In this document: positions 21,501 to 30,957 of the stretch, piece after piece
How positions within the stretch are numbered: position 1 is the first letter of the stretch
Layout: the number at the start of each line of letters is the position of its first letter
NCBI GenBank assembly: GCA_001724265.1
Contig: MEDY01000334.1
Location: 1 to 35,430, forward strand
Length of the DNA stretch: 35,430 nt
Reading direction: 5' to 3'
Source of the DNA: Rhizaria sp. SCN 62-66
Taxonomy: Eukaryota
Notes under the pieces: generated by a model
The model's database searches: none
What the model saw: the letters and a program-made list of their open reading frames with translations, nothing else
Told to the model about the DNA's origin: nothing
Made by a program: the position numbers and the translations under genes

Positions 21501-23365
21501 CCGGCAAGCAGGCGCTGGTGGAGCTGGCGGACCTGTCGAGCGCGCGCACGCACCGCGTCTACACGGGCTTCTTCCGCCCCGCCGACGAAGACCCTTCCGC
21601 GGAGGACCAGCAGTACGTCGGCTACCGGCGCATCCCGCTCGAGGCCATCACGGCCGTGCTGCCCGGCGCGCAGTCGTCGCGCTTCCTCCAGGCCAACTAC
21701 CTCGCTTCGGCCGCCGCCGCCGCCGCCGCGGCCTCGGAGTCGGTCAACGACCCGCTGGCCGACTGCGACGACGAGGACGCCGTCAACTCGCGCGCGCGCT
21801 CCATCGCGGCCGCTCGCCTTAGCGGCAGCGGCGGCGTGCTGGGGCTCGGCGGCTCTGACCCGCGTCTGACGCCCTTCACCTTCAGCATCCACTACGCGTT
21901 CCCCGAGCCCCAGCCCGTGCCCGACTACGGCGGCCGCACCAAGGAGCAAGCCGCTGCCGCCGCGGCGGCGCGCGCGGCCGAGGCCGCCGTGGAGGCCACG
22001 GTCGCGGCCGCCGAAGAAGAGGCCGAGGAGGAGGACGCGATCCGCCCCTACGGCCACGCGTTCGGCTACACCGGCGAGCGCATCCGCAAGGCCGTCGTGT
22101 ACGCCACCAACAACAAGGACTCCGCCGAGAGCGCCGCCGCGGACGCGGGCGAGAGCTCGAACGAGACGCCCAGTGCGTCGCAGGAGTCCGACGCTGCTGG
22201 CTCTGCCTCTGCCTCCGCTTCCGCTGCCGCCGAGAGCGCCGTCAAGCCGGACGACGCGGCCAGCGCCAGCCCCGCATCCGACGCCGCCAGTGCGAGTAGC
22301 CCTGCCGACGGTTCCCCCGCCGGCGCGGAACGCCCAATGCCGCGCGTGCGCATGGTGCACAAGTCCCTCGACCTGGCCGCGGTCGACGGCAACGAGTTCG
22401 TCATCTGGCTCGTGGGGCTCTCGCTCATCCGCGCCAAGCTGGCCGCCGCGCCGCCCGACGTCGTCGCCGCCGTGGGCTCGCTGCCCGCCTGGGTCACCGT
22501 CGAGCGCAAGTACCCCTCGATCCTGACTCTGATCGACGCCGAGACGAAGCAGCCGGCGGAGAAGACGCTCGATGCGCTCGACGTCGTCGCGTCCTCGACG
22601 CAGGATGAGGGCCCGCGCGTTGTCCCGCCGTCGCCGCTGCGCCCCGTGGCCGCGCCGCGCGTCGCCCGCGGCTCCCCGGCCTCGGCCATCCTGCCCATGG
22701 CCACGATCGAGGCCATCATCGCGCAGGGGCCCAAACGGTCCGCGCCGTGCCGCTGGCGCCGCGTCTTCTCGCTTGTCGCCGACGGCGCCAGCTCCGACGC
22801 CGTCTTCACCAAGCTCGCCGACGCGCCCTACTCGCTCTTCGTCGTCAAAGACAGCCGCTCACGCGTCTTCGGTGGCTACGCCGCCGCGCCGTGGCCCGCG
22901 CGCAAGGACCTGGGCTACTTCGGCTCCAACGACGCTTTCGTATGGCGCGTCGTGCCCGACTCGCGCCCGCGCTCCGCCTCCGCCAACCGCGCCGCCGCGG
23001 GCGCCTCCAGCACCCCGGGCGCGGGCTCCGGCGGCGCGTTCGCGTCCGCACTGACCGCGCTGGCCGAGGGCTCGCTCGAGGTGTACCAGTGGCAGACACA
23101 GGTGTCGCACCACACGCTGTCCGACGGCCGCGGCTTCGGCTGGGGCGGCGGCGGTGGCGTCGCGCTGTACGTCAATAACGACCTCGCCGAAGGACGCACG
23201 GACTGGAGCGGCACGTACCAGAACCCCCCGCTCAACGCGTCGCCGTCCAACGGCGCGGGCGCGGACGACACTGCGGTCGTGGCCAAGAAGAATGGGGACG
23301 GCACTGAGGGTGGCAGGCCGTTCAGGATCTTTGACGTCGAGGTCTGGGCCGGGTCCCCGTGGTGA
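18575..23365 (+). CDS. 1596-aa Ala-rich protein with an interrupted PLC-type PH domain and a C-terminal TLDc domain
   Basis: Single long ORF. PH blocks: LQRGSKLIRI, RVSRDLKYLYW, IPLEAITAVLPG, FTFSIHY and KSLDLAA...WLVGL. TLDc blocks: WRRVFSLVADGAS, LFVVKDSRSRVFGGY, YFGSNDAFVW, GFGWGGGGGVALYVNNDLAEG, GTYQNPPL and FRIFDVEVW. Confidence 0.88.
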   Translation: MLNSITSLLGLSDSNKSRNNNNNRDNNNSANNNTNTSRNAGYTSSSEHHAGGGNGSALYYHQQHSLTMPPVTTRNRGASVPSRGPSPGPPATGSGATFGAGYGNNPYTPHNYNNANTGAGAGTGAASSNIPMGGQRGSPAVSALPSGSTSFLPNSPPAAGGGSYNSAAHKADTAHNLRVALAGSYPLQPQRAQHTGFLHTPAAQLSPNANDDYDEFADDRDPTARYRSAAYGNNGAGASAGGVSMGGRQDGGGASAGAGLSSLMHPITAVKNRIFSSSVTTNAIAPAGGAAASVTFPGDDDMHFYADDRELACTYTGLSEQDTVSRLLQAGVAVADSITLARIANALRRRPQALLAVANEFGVRAASVEDIYSSNSAASAQAQEKPVSRRSTPALLPPSASPALPDGGSASATAAPDAAAAAAVESADKEASPAAAAAPVTAAPVSVAAATASRFTTATAGMPPTKIATAALLEMARARAPTVFAPCSVPLPLALYGAAAGVGCGSSDAAAAIAAEIASATDAATAAVANATAAADDSKADNANDGESNSLTSPAVGFFYPGLTFVPADPDPASASAAALLAGSAATVAASAAAASASAAVLAVRATGAAGLLQRAAATAVTAPATAAAAAASPRGALSAAAAADFALMAVATADADADLSAYVTTVSAAKSPATAAAAAGAGAANGVAPAGLVFYTNRPFESAARAWTRCDRCRDLDDDNDDDDDGSEADGGADDAKCACAPLPSALSPMVTVTTSTGTTTTVSANGTGTGSAKGKHVAGPRNAAAAAAAASAAAAAAAAARDGNGTGYGNASGNGVRRNNACSMSSTAALVTPVQPVTVSPAAAAAAVSAAATAVLSAAGAHAGSAVLHLRGGFPYLPSHYPLFTEMAHSAHLVHGGNAARMRVDVLRTLQRGSKLIRIGFACSALSLMRVSRDLKYLYWPCPRATRPPAGPLPKASPAAAAAALAAALAEAGPGKQALVELADLSSARTHRVYTGFFRPADEDPSAEDQQYVGYRRIPLEAITAVLPGAQSSRFLQANYLASAAAAAAAASESVNDPLADCDDEDAVNSRARSIAAARLSGSGGVLGLGGSDPRLTPFTFSIHYAFPEPQPVPDYGGRTKEQAAAAAAARAAEAAVEATVAAAEEEAEEEDAIRPYGHAFGYTGERIRKAVVYATNNKDSAESAAADAGESSNETPSASQESDAAGSASASASAAAESAVKPDDAASASPASDAASASSPADGSPAGAERPMPRVRMVHKSLDLAAVDGNEFVIWLVGLSLIRAKLAAAPPDVVAAVGSLPAWVTVERKYPSILTLIDAETKQPAEKTLDALDVVASSTQDEGPRVVPPSPLRPVAAPRVARGSPASAILPMATIEAIIAQGPKRSAPCRWRRVFSLVADGASSDAVFTKLADAPYSLFVVKDSRSRVFGGYAAAPWPARKDLGYFGSNDAFVWRVVPDSRPRSASANRAAAGASSTPGAGSGGAFASALTALAEGSLEVYQWQTQVSHHTLSDGRGFGWGGGGGVALYVNNDLAEGRTDWSGTYQNPPLNASPSNGAGADDTAVVAKKNGDGTEGGRPFRIFDVEVWAGSPW

Positions 23366-23623
23366 GCGAGCGAGTCGGCACTGAACGAGTAAGTGCACCT
23401 TACCATGTTAATCTTTTTTTTGTGTGTTTTGTTTTAGTTTCTACTCATTATTTTTTGCAAAGATGGTCAAGAAAAGAACAATAATAAGTCTTTGTTTATT
23501 GATTTCTGTTGTTTGTTATTGATGAATATACAATGGTAGGAATAATATATCGCGGACTCTGTCGCTCAAAACAAACAGAACCCAATAACCTAATGTAGTA
23601 GCTTAGTAATGGCCTTTCTTAAA

Positions 23624-23643
23624 AACGTGAATCAACGTGAATC
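23624..23643. repeat. 2 x 10-bp tandem duplication in the convergent 3' spacer
   Basis: AACGTGAATC occurs twice in tandem. Confidence 0.85.
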
Positions 23644-23801
23644 ATCAAACTTTCTCCCATGCTGTCAGCTATTATCGCAAATATAAAGATACATGTACTA
23701 CATACACAAACAAGAAACGTCGCCGTAAACTGTCACAACGCAAAAAAGTACTAATCTTGCGTTGTTGTTAACGTGAGTTCGCTCGGTGACAGTTGTATCT
23801 T

Positions 23802-26800
23802 TTACCACGCGAGTGCGCGTGCAACCCTCTCGGCGCGCGCTCCCTCGCTCCAACCAGCAATCTGCGCCACCGCAGCGTCCCTCCCAGCGCCAGCGCCGAC
23901 GCTGCCAGCAGTCACGCCGCTTTCGGCCGCGCTGTCGCTGTTAACGTCCGCGCTAGCCGCGAGGGCCCAGGCAGGCGGCAGTAGGCCGGGGCTGTTGGCC
24001 GCCGCCGCAGCAGCAGCAGCCGCAGCAGCAGCCGCAGCAGCAGCCGCCGCGCCCGCGCGCCCCGACTGCGGCCGCGTGACGCCGCCGGCCCTGCCGCCCT
24101 CGCCGGCGCCGACGCCGGCACTGGGAGGCGCGATGGCAGGGTACGACGCAGGCGCGAGCGCGGGCGCAGCGCTGGCTTGGCCCACTGAATGGCCGTGGCC
24201 ATGCGAGTACATCGCGGGCGCGGCAGGCAGCACGGCGGCGGTGGCCGCGGGCAGAGACACGCGCACGGGCGCAACGGAGCCCTGCACAGCGGCCAGCGTC
24301 GCTAACGAGTGCGCTGCCAACGGCGACGACGCCGGGAGGCCCCAGGCCACCGCGCCGCCGCTGCTGTTGTTGACGGAGCCGAGCTTCGAAGCAGTGCGCA
24401 GCTGCACTGCGGCACTGTTGCTGTTGTTCAGTGCAGCGGTGGCGGCAGGCGTGGGCACAGGCGCCACGAGCGCGGCCTGCCAGCCCCAGGCCAGTCCGGA
24501 CACGCCTTCGGCGCCCACGGCGGCGCCCACGGGCCACGCGCGCAGACCGCCTCCGACGGCAGCGCCGCTCGCGTCGGGCAGAACGAAATCGGCCACGGTG
24601 GCGGCGCGCGCAGAGGCCGCGATGGCGGCGAGCGCGGCGGGCGACGGCGCGGCGGCTGCAGCGGCGGCAGCGGCGGCAGCTGCAGCGGCAGCGGCGGCGG
24701 AGGACGAGGAGGACGTGCGCTGTGCGCCTGCCGCGGGTGTGGGGGGCGGCGCGGGCGCAGCGGCAGCAACAGCTGCAGCGGCGGCGGCCGAGGCTGCGGC
24801 AGCGACGGCGGCCGGTAACGGCGCAACCGCGCCCGCAGCAGCCGCAGCGGCCGCCACGGCAGCGGTCTCCGGAGTCGCGGAAACACCGAAGGCCCCCACC
24901 GCTGCCGCGGGCACGTACGCCGTCACCAGCGCCGGCTGCTGCTGCACGTTTGCACTCGCAACAGCGGGCTTGTTGCTGCCGACAGCGCTTCCGTAGCTGG
25001 GCGTATACGCGGGGATGAGGTACGTGAGCGACGGCACGAGCGCGGACGAGGCCCAGGGAAATGTGACCGTGGGCGCGATCGCGGCGGCACCGACACCGGC
25101 AGCAGCATCGGACTGGAAGAGCCCGGCCGCGGCCGCCAGAGAAGGCGCCGGCACGCGCACAGTGCTCGCGGCCACCACAGCAGCCTCCTCGGCGCTGAGC
25201 GTGACTGCGCCCGTCGCGCCGCCAGCGTACGCGTTCGAGCTCTTGCCGCGAGAGCGTGCGAGCGCGGCAAGAGCCGCAGCGTCAGCGTCAGGATCACTAG
25301 ACTCGATGATGAGCGCGTAATCCTCAACATCAGTGCTCGTGCGAAGGAAGCAACGCAGGTCACCACTGCCCACATCAGCGCCGACAAGCTCAGCCAGGGA
25401 CTCGCCGCTCACAGCGGACTGGGCTGAAGCCGAGCCGCGCGCGGTGGAAGTGAGGCCGCGCCGGGCCGTCGCGTTGGCAGTGGCGCGCAACGCCACCGAA
25501 GTGGTTTTGGAGCTGGCGCTGGAGCGGCCAGAGGACGAGGCGGCGGCGGAGAGCGCGGGCGCAAAGGCAGCGCGGAGCAGGGGCGCGAGCGCCGGCGCGC
25601 ACCACAGCCTGTCGCGCACGGGGACGGCCCAGCCCGAGAGCCAGCGATGCGGCGGCTGCGGCACGGGCGAGGCGCCCGCGAGCACCGCGGCCAGGTTCAG
25701 CGACAGAGGCAGCGCATGCGACACGACAGTCAAGCCCGCGGGCGCCGCGCTCGCGATCGCACTGGTCGTGGCGGACAGGGAGGTGGCGGAGCCGGCGGCC
25801 GTGGAGCCGCGCTTGCCGCTGGGGCCAGCAGAGACAGAAGCAGCAGCGCCGGCGGCGGAGCCAGCAGCACCAGCGGTTACACTGCCACGTCCGCGGCCAG
25901 TGCCGGCAGCAGCAGCCGTCGCGGCCGCAGCAGCCGCAGCCGCAGCGGCCGCGCTGACCGCCACCGCCGCCGCAGCCTCCGCCGCGGCCGCGGCCTCGGT
26001 GACGACGGGCGGCGGCGGCGCGTAGGCCGCGAGCGCGAGCGCCTCGGGGTCGTGCCAGAGCAGCAGCGCCTGCAGCGAGTCCGCGCTGCGCTCGCCGCCC
26101 GCGGCTGAGTAGTGCCAGTGCGCCCACGCGGCGCCGGCGGGCGCGGCGCGCAGCGCGGGCGGGGCCGGGTCGGGCAGCACAGCCGCGGGCGGCGAGAGCA
26201 CCACCGTCTTGCCCGCTGCCGCGCTGGGCAGCGACACGGCCGGTTCGGGGCGCGCGCTCGCGGCGGCGACAACGGCGGAGCGTGGGAGCGCGGGCGCGGC
26301 GAGCCACGCAAAGCCATCGGTCTCCGCGAAAGCGAAGGCCGGGGACGCCTCGGTGACCGGCGAGGCCCAGGCGAAGGGTTGCGGCGGCAGCGTGGTGCCC
26401 GCGGCGAGGGACGAGGCCAGCACGGCGGCGGTGGCGCAGCGGGCCGCGGCGGGGAGCGACTGGCCGAGCGCGAGCAGCGACGCCGTGGCCAGCGACGGCA
26501 GCGGCGCGGGCGCGAAGAGCGCGAGCGGAAGCGCGACGTCGCCGTAGACGGCACTGCTGCTCGCGCTGGAGTTGCTCAGCGAAGAGGCGGAGGCGGAGGC
26601 GGCCAGCGCGCGGTGGCGCGGCGCGCTCGCGGTGCTGGCGAGCGCGGCGGGCGCAAGCGGCGACGACAGCTGCAACGGCGACGAGAGCTGCGTCGGTGAA
26701 GACTGCGGGGGCTGCGGCACCGGGGTGCGGACGACCTTGCCGCCCAAGGTCACCACTGTCATCATCTTGACTGGCGCCGCAGCCCCGCTGCCACTGTTGC

Positions 26801-29800
26801 CCGAGGCGGCCTCGGTCGCTGCGGCGGCAGTTGGGGAGAGCAAATACGCTGGCACTGCATATTTGGCGCCCGCAATCACGCTCGCACTCGCGCCCGCGGC
26901 GCCCGTAAGCGGCTGCGCCAGAGACTGCGACTGCGGCAGCGGCAGCGGCGGGCGGTCGCCGGGCGGCGCAGGGGCCAGCGGCAGCGCCAGCAGCAGCTGC
27001 GGCGGCGCGTACGCGGCCGCGAAGCCCCGCAGCGCCGATTGGCTCGGCGCGGGCCCCGCCGACACGCGCAGCGGCGCCAGCACCGACGGGTCCTCCGGCG
27101 CGGGCAGCAGCGGCTGCTCGCGCGCGACGCCCGCCGCGACACCGGCGACGGGAGCTGCGGCCGCGGCAGTGATGGAGTTGCTGCTGGGGTTGAAGGGCGC
27201 GGGGGTGAGCCAGAGCGCGTTCGCGGGGAAAAAGCATGCAGCCGAGGCCGCGGCCGCGGTGACGCCGCCCGTGGTCGTGGCCGCGGCGGGGGGCGCGGCG
27301 GGGGCCAGCGGCGCGGCCAGCGCGTAGTGCGCCGGGGCGGACACGGGGATCAGCGCCCACGCACACAGGCCGGCCTCCGCAGCACTCGCGCCCGCGGCAG
27401 CAGAGGGGCTCGCCGTGGAGCTGAAGCTGTTGGGAGACAGGACGGATGCGAACGAGGGCGGGCGCGACTCGTCGCGCGCGCACGCAAACAGCACAGATGC
27501 GAAGATATCAGGCTCAGCTCCAGCACGGGACTTCGCAGCAGCGTTGCTGTGTGCGCTCGGACCGGATGGCGCAGCGGCTGAGCCGAGCGCGCGCGCGTCG
27601 AGCGCGGCCCGCAGCGCCTGCGCGCGGACCATGACGCGCGCGCGCACGACCGCGGCGGCGGCGGCCGCGACGAGCGAAGTCACGGCACGGCGGCGCGACG
27701 TCCAGCCCGCCGCCGCGGTCGCCGCGGTGACCGAGAAGGACGGCGCCGGGTGCGACCGCGCCTCCACCAGCGACGCCCACAGCGGCGCCTGCGCGGAGGC
27801 AGCGCCAGAGCCGAAGCCAGAGCTCTCGGCCGCAGGCGCATCAATGCTGTCAGCATTCGCTGCCGCGGAGGCGTTGCTCGGGGGAGCGACGTAGAGGCCG
27901 GGCGCGGAGGAGTAGCCCACAACGCCCGCCGCAACGCCGCCGGCGTTGAGTTCGCCGGCGTAGGTCGACGAGTGCTGCTGCAGCGCGTTGCCCGCGATGG
28001 CAGCCGCGACGGCCGTGGCGAGCGCGCCCGCGTCGGCCTCGGACAGCGGCACGGCGCCGAGCCGGAGCCGGCCCCCAGTGGAGGCCACGCGCCGCTCGTG
28101 CGCACGGTACGCCACCGACATCGACACCACGGCCGCGCCCGCGCTGTCGCTGGAGCCCGCGCCCGCGGTCGCCCCGGCGCGGGAGGTGGAGCCCGCGGCC
28201 GTCATCGTAGTCGTTGTGGAGCCGAGGGCGGTGGTCGCGCTGGGGATCGCCGCAAGCGCGAGGTTGGGCGGAGCCAGCGAGAGATACGGGCCGTCAGACC
28301 AGTCGAGCGGGTGCGCGGCGGTCAGCGCGACGTCGGCCTGTTGTTGCTGCTCTTGCTGCTGCTCTTGCTGTTGGTGCTGCTGCTTGTTGAGCTTGGCAGT
28401 CCGCGACTGAGAGTGCGGCTGCGACTGAGCGTAGTGCTCCAAGGGGGGCAACAGCGGATCGCTGAGCCCAGCTCGCTGCTGCTGCTGACTGTTGTAACCG
28501 CCGTGGCCATACTGGCCGTGAGCGCCACCGGCACCTGCGCCGGCTCCGACAGCCTTATTGACCGCCGCCGCCATAACGCGGCCGCTGGGGCTGCGCAGGA
28601 CGCCGCTCGTTGGCGCGCTCACGCCGACAGTAGCGCCGCCAATCTTGCCATACTTGCCGCTGTCGAAGTCGCCGTCGAGCGCGGCGCTGCTGTCGACCGT
28701 AGTGGTGGGCACGGAGCCCATGTTGCGCAGCACCGCCTGCGGGTGCGGCCTGGCTTTCGTCGCAGCGAGGGGGCCCCTGGTGCCCGCTTTGCCGCTCTTC
28801 TCCTGGATGAACCCGCTGGCCGTGATGTTCATCACGTACGCCGGCGTGTTCAGCTGCGAGATGTCGACGGCGACGGCCCAGCTCTCCGTCACGGCCTGCA
28901 CGGGCGCGTAGCTCACGGTCACCTCGGCGACACCGCCGGCCGGGATCACGCCCTGCAGCGGCGACAGCGACCACTGCGGTGCGCGGCGCTCGGGCTGCAG
29001 CGCGAAGCAGAACTGCAGCGGCGACGGGTTGGTGATGCGCAGGCGGCGGCTGATACGCGCGCCGACGGGGCAGCGGCCCAGGTCCAAGTGCTTCGGCAGC
29101 GGAGTCGCCGTGGGCAGCGTCGGGTACGCGTACAGGGGGATGATCAGGTTGCCGGACGCGGCGGAGACGGCGGACAGCGTCGCGGCCGTCGCGGCGGCCG
29201 ACGCCGAGAACGCGCGCAGCGACGCATCGTACGCCGGAGTCGGGCCCTCGTTGCCGCAGCTCTCATTAGCACAGGCCGCACCGGCGCCGTCGGCAGCGAC
29301 GCCGTCGCCGTAAATGCCTGCGACGCCGGCGCTAGCGTTGTTCGTCGCCAGCAGTACGTTGTGCGGCACCGCGCCGGCGCCGGCGCCGCCGCCGGCGAGC
29401 GCGCCGGCCGAGGACGCGGGGGCCGCGGTCTCGCAGTGGATGCGGATGACGTCGGCGTGATGCTGTAGCGAGGGCGAGAAGAAGCGGACCGTGATGACCT
29501 GCGCCTGGCCGGGCGCAATCAGCCCTTTCTTTTCGTACTCGATGGAGAACTCGGCCGTGATGGGCGCAAAGACGTGCATGCGCGCGGGCTTGCCCGAGAC
29601 GTTGATGACCTTGACGCGCCGCTTGGTGATCTTGTCGGCGGTGATGTTCGTAAAGTGCACGGCCGCGGGCTCAGCGCGCCACGCGCCCGTCGCGCCGAGC
29701 GCCGAAAAGGGCTTGAGCCCGGTCATGAGCGTCGTCGAGGGTGCGGGGGCCTCTCTGTGCACGAGCGGCACGGCGTGCAGCAGCGACGCCGACGCCAGGA

Positions 29801-30365
29801 TGGCCTGCTCGCGCTCGCGCGCGCGCTCGGCGGTGGCCGCGGCCGACGAGGCGGCTGAGGCGGCGAGCGGGTAGAGCGAGGTGTCGAGCCCGTGGTCTGC
29901 GGCCGACGCCCCCAGCGCCTCGAGCTCGAGCGCGTCGAATGGCGTCATGTCGGGGTCGGCGTCGTCGTTGCCGTAGCGCGAGAGGATCAGGTCCATCGCG
30001 GCGGGGCTGAGGTCGACCAGCAGAGATGGGTCCAGCGTGGACGGGTCCAACATGTCGCTCGCTGGCATCGAGTCGTCGTCGTCAGCGCCGTCCGCGGCCT
30101 GGATGCTGTTGAACACCGCAGAGGAGGAAGATGCAGACGAGGACGAGGACGCGGCGAGAGGGTTCGCGTGGTGCACTGACGGAGGCGCGCGCGGGCCGTG
30201 AGTCAGGGCAACAAATACTTTGTTGTTGTGGATGTCATCAAAGTCGCGGCCGCGCGCAGGCACGCCCTGGGACAGAGACCACGACGGCTGTTGTTGTGAT
30301 GAAGACGGCTCTGACGACGCTACAGACATCGTCACGCCGGGGGCGCGGGGAGGCATGCCGGACAT
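23802..30365 (-). CDS. CFAP221: Cilia/flagella central-pair protein CFAP221 (PCDP1)-like, 2187 aa, heavily expanded with Ala-rich sequence
   Basis: ATG at 30365. Tandem ASH/Ig-like domains AEPAAVHF...INVSGKPARMHVFAP...GLIAPG...DVIRIHC...LIIPLYAYP...GVIPAGG...DISQLNTPAY match my recollection of the CFAP221 N-terminal region. WTSRRRAVTSLVAAAAAAVVRARV resembles its basic calmodulin-binding helix. Confidence 0.82.
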   Translation of the reverse strand: MSGMPPRAPGVTMSVASSEPSSSQQQPSWSLSQGVPARGRDFDDIHNNKVFVALTHGPRAPPSVHHANPLAASSSSSASSSSAVFNSIQAADGADDDDSMPASDMLDPSTLDPSLLVDLSPAAMDLILSRYGNDDADPDMTPFDALELEALGASAADHGLDTSLYPLAASAASSAAATAERAREREQAILASASLLHAVPLVHREAPAPSTTLMTGLKPFSALGATGAWRAEPAAVHFTNITADKITKRRVKVINVSGKPARMHVFAPITAEFSIEYEKKGLIAPGQAQVITVRFFSPSLQHHADVIRIHCETAAPASSAGALAGGGAGAGAVPHNVLLATNNASAGVAGIYGDGVAADGAGAACANESCGNEGPTPAYDASLRAFSASAAATAATLSAVSAASGNLIIPLYAYPTLPTATPLPKHLDLGRCPVGARISRRLRITNPSPLQFCFALQPERRAPQWSLSPLQGVIPAGGVAEVTVSYAPVQAVTESWAVAVDISQLNTPAYVMNITASGFIQEKSGKAGTRGPLAATKARPHPQAVLRNMGSVPTTTVDSSAALDGDFDSGKYGKIGGATVGVSAPTSGVLRSPSGRVMAAAVNKAVGAGAGAGGAHGQYGHGGYNSQQQQRAGLSDPLLPPLEHYAQSQPHSQSRTAKLNKQQHQQQEQQQEQQQQADVALTAAHPLDWSDGPYLSLAPPNLALAAIPSATTALGSTTTTMTAAGSTSRAGATAGAGSSDSAGAAVVSMSVAYRAHERRVASTGGRLRLGAVPLSEADAGALATAVAAAIAGNALQQHSSTYAGELNAGGVAAGVVGYSSAPGLYVAPPSNASAAANADSIDAPAAESSGFGSGAASAQAPLWASLVEARSHPAPSFSVTAATAAAGWTSRRRAVTSLVAAAAAAVVRARVMVRAQALRAALDARALGSAAAPSGPSAHSNAAAKSRAGAEPDIFASVLFACARDESRPPSFASVLSPNSFSSTASPSAAAGASAAEAGLCAWALIPVSAPAHYALAAPLAPAAPPAAATTTGGVTAAAASAACFFPANALWLTPAPFNPSSNSITAAAAAPVAGVAAGVAREQPLLPAPEDPSVLAPLRVSAGPAPSQSALRGFAAAYAPPQLLLALPLAPAPPGDRPPLPLPQSQSLAQPLTGAAGASASVIAGAKYAVPAYLLSPTAAAATEAASGNSGSGAAAPVKMMTVVTLGGKVVRTPVPQPPQSSPTQLSSPLQLSSPLAPAALASTASAPRHRALAASASASSLSNSSASSSAVYGDVALPLALFAPAPLPSLATASLLALGQSLPAAARCATAAVLASSLAAGTTLPPQPFAWASPVTEASPAFAFAETDGFAWLAAPALPRSAVVAAASARPEPAVSLPSAAAGKTVVLSPPAAVLPDPAPPALRAAPAGAAWAHWHYSAAGGERSADSLQALLLWHDPEALALAAYAPPPPVVTEAAAAAEAAAAVAVSAAAAAAAAAAATAAAAGTGRGRGSVTAGAAGSAAGAAASVSAGPSGKRGSTAAGSATSLSATTSAIASAAPAGLTVVSHALPLSLNLAAVLAGASPVPQPPHRWLSGWAVPVRDRLWCAPALAPLLRAAFAPALSAAASSSGRSSASSKTTSVALRATANATARRGLTSTARGSASAQSAVSGESLAELVGADVGSGDLRCFLRTSTDVEDYALIIESSDPDADAAALAALARSRGKSSNAYAGGATGAVTLSAEEAAVVAASTVRVPAPSLAAAAGLFQSDAAAGVGAAAIAPTVTFPWASSALVPSLTYLIPAYTPSYGSAVGSNKPAVASANVQQQPALVTAYVPAAAVGAFGVSATPETAAVAAAAAAAGAVAPLPAAVAAAASAAAAAAVAAAAPAPPPTPAAGAQRTSSSSSAAAAAAAAAAAAAAAAAPSPAALAAIAASARAATVADFVLPDASGAAVGGGLRAWPVGAAVGAEGVSGLAWGWQAALVAPVPTPAATAALNNSNSAAVQLRTASKLGSVNNSSGGAVAWGLPASSPLAAHSLATLAAVQGSVAPVRVSLPAATAAVLPAAPAMYSHGHGHSVGQASAAPALAPASYPAIAPPSAGVGAGEGGRAGGVTRPQSGRAGAAAAAAAAAAAAAAAAAANSPGLLPPAWALAASADVNSDSAAESGVTAGSVGAGAGRDAAVAQIAGWSEGARAERVARALAW

Positions 30366-30957
30366 CAATTACCACCGCGGAACAGCAATTAATGCTGAGA
30401 CTTCAGGGCAAGGAGGGCCCGGGCAAACAACGCAGCGCTGAAAGGTCACACAGTGGGCGGGAAGCGAGATTGAGTAGAAACGGCGAAGGCAAGAGAACTG
30501 ATGCCGGCAGGTTATGGGAAAGAGCGGTAAACAACGTCGGTTAGAGCAATAAAAGAATGTGGTAAAATAAATTTATCAAATGCGGCAGCAGTTTCAATAA
30601 CTGTCAAGAAGTACATTCACAAGAGGTACAATAGAGATCTCAAATGTGACCGTTTTTTTCTTCATTGTTCCGCCCGATCGGTTCGCAAAAAGTGTCGTGA
30701 GGGAATGACCCCATCATCACTATAAACATGACCAGAACAGCGTGTATATCTCCGTCGCGTGCGTTATACGTGCTATATTGTATGATAGTATTGGTTAATG
30801 ACACTTTTTCGTAATAACTAACCAGGTGAACGCTTCTGCACCTCACTTTGCTTCTTTCAAACCCCAGGTTGACGGACCAAGAAACTGCTCCTTTGTCACC
30901 TGTCTCTTCGTCCCGTCCGCGGCTCTTCGCAGAATTCTTTCTGTCTCTGTGCGCACG

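Noticed and set aside
18771-30544. Numerous overlapping alternative-frame and antisense ORFs of 60-700 aa
   Set aside because: These are expected in very GC-rich, GCN-repeat coding DNA. The products are R/P/G-rich shadows with no recognisable domains.
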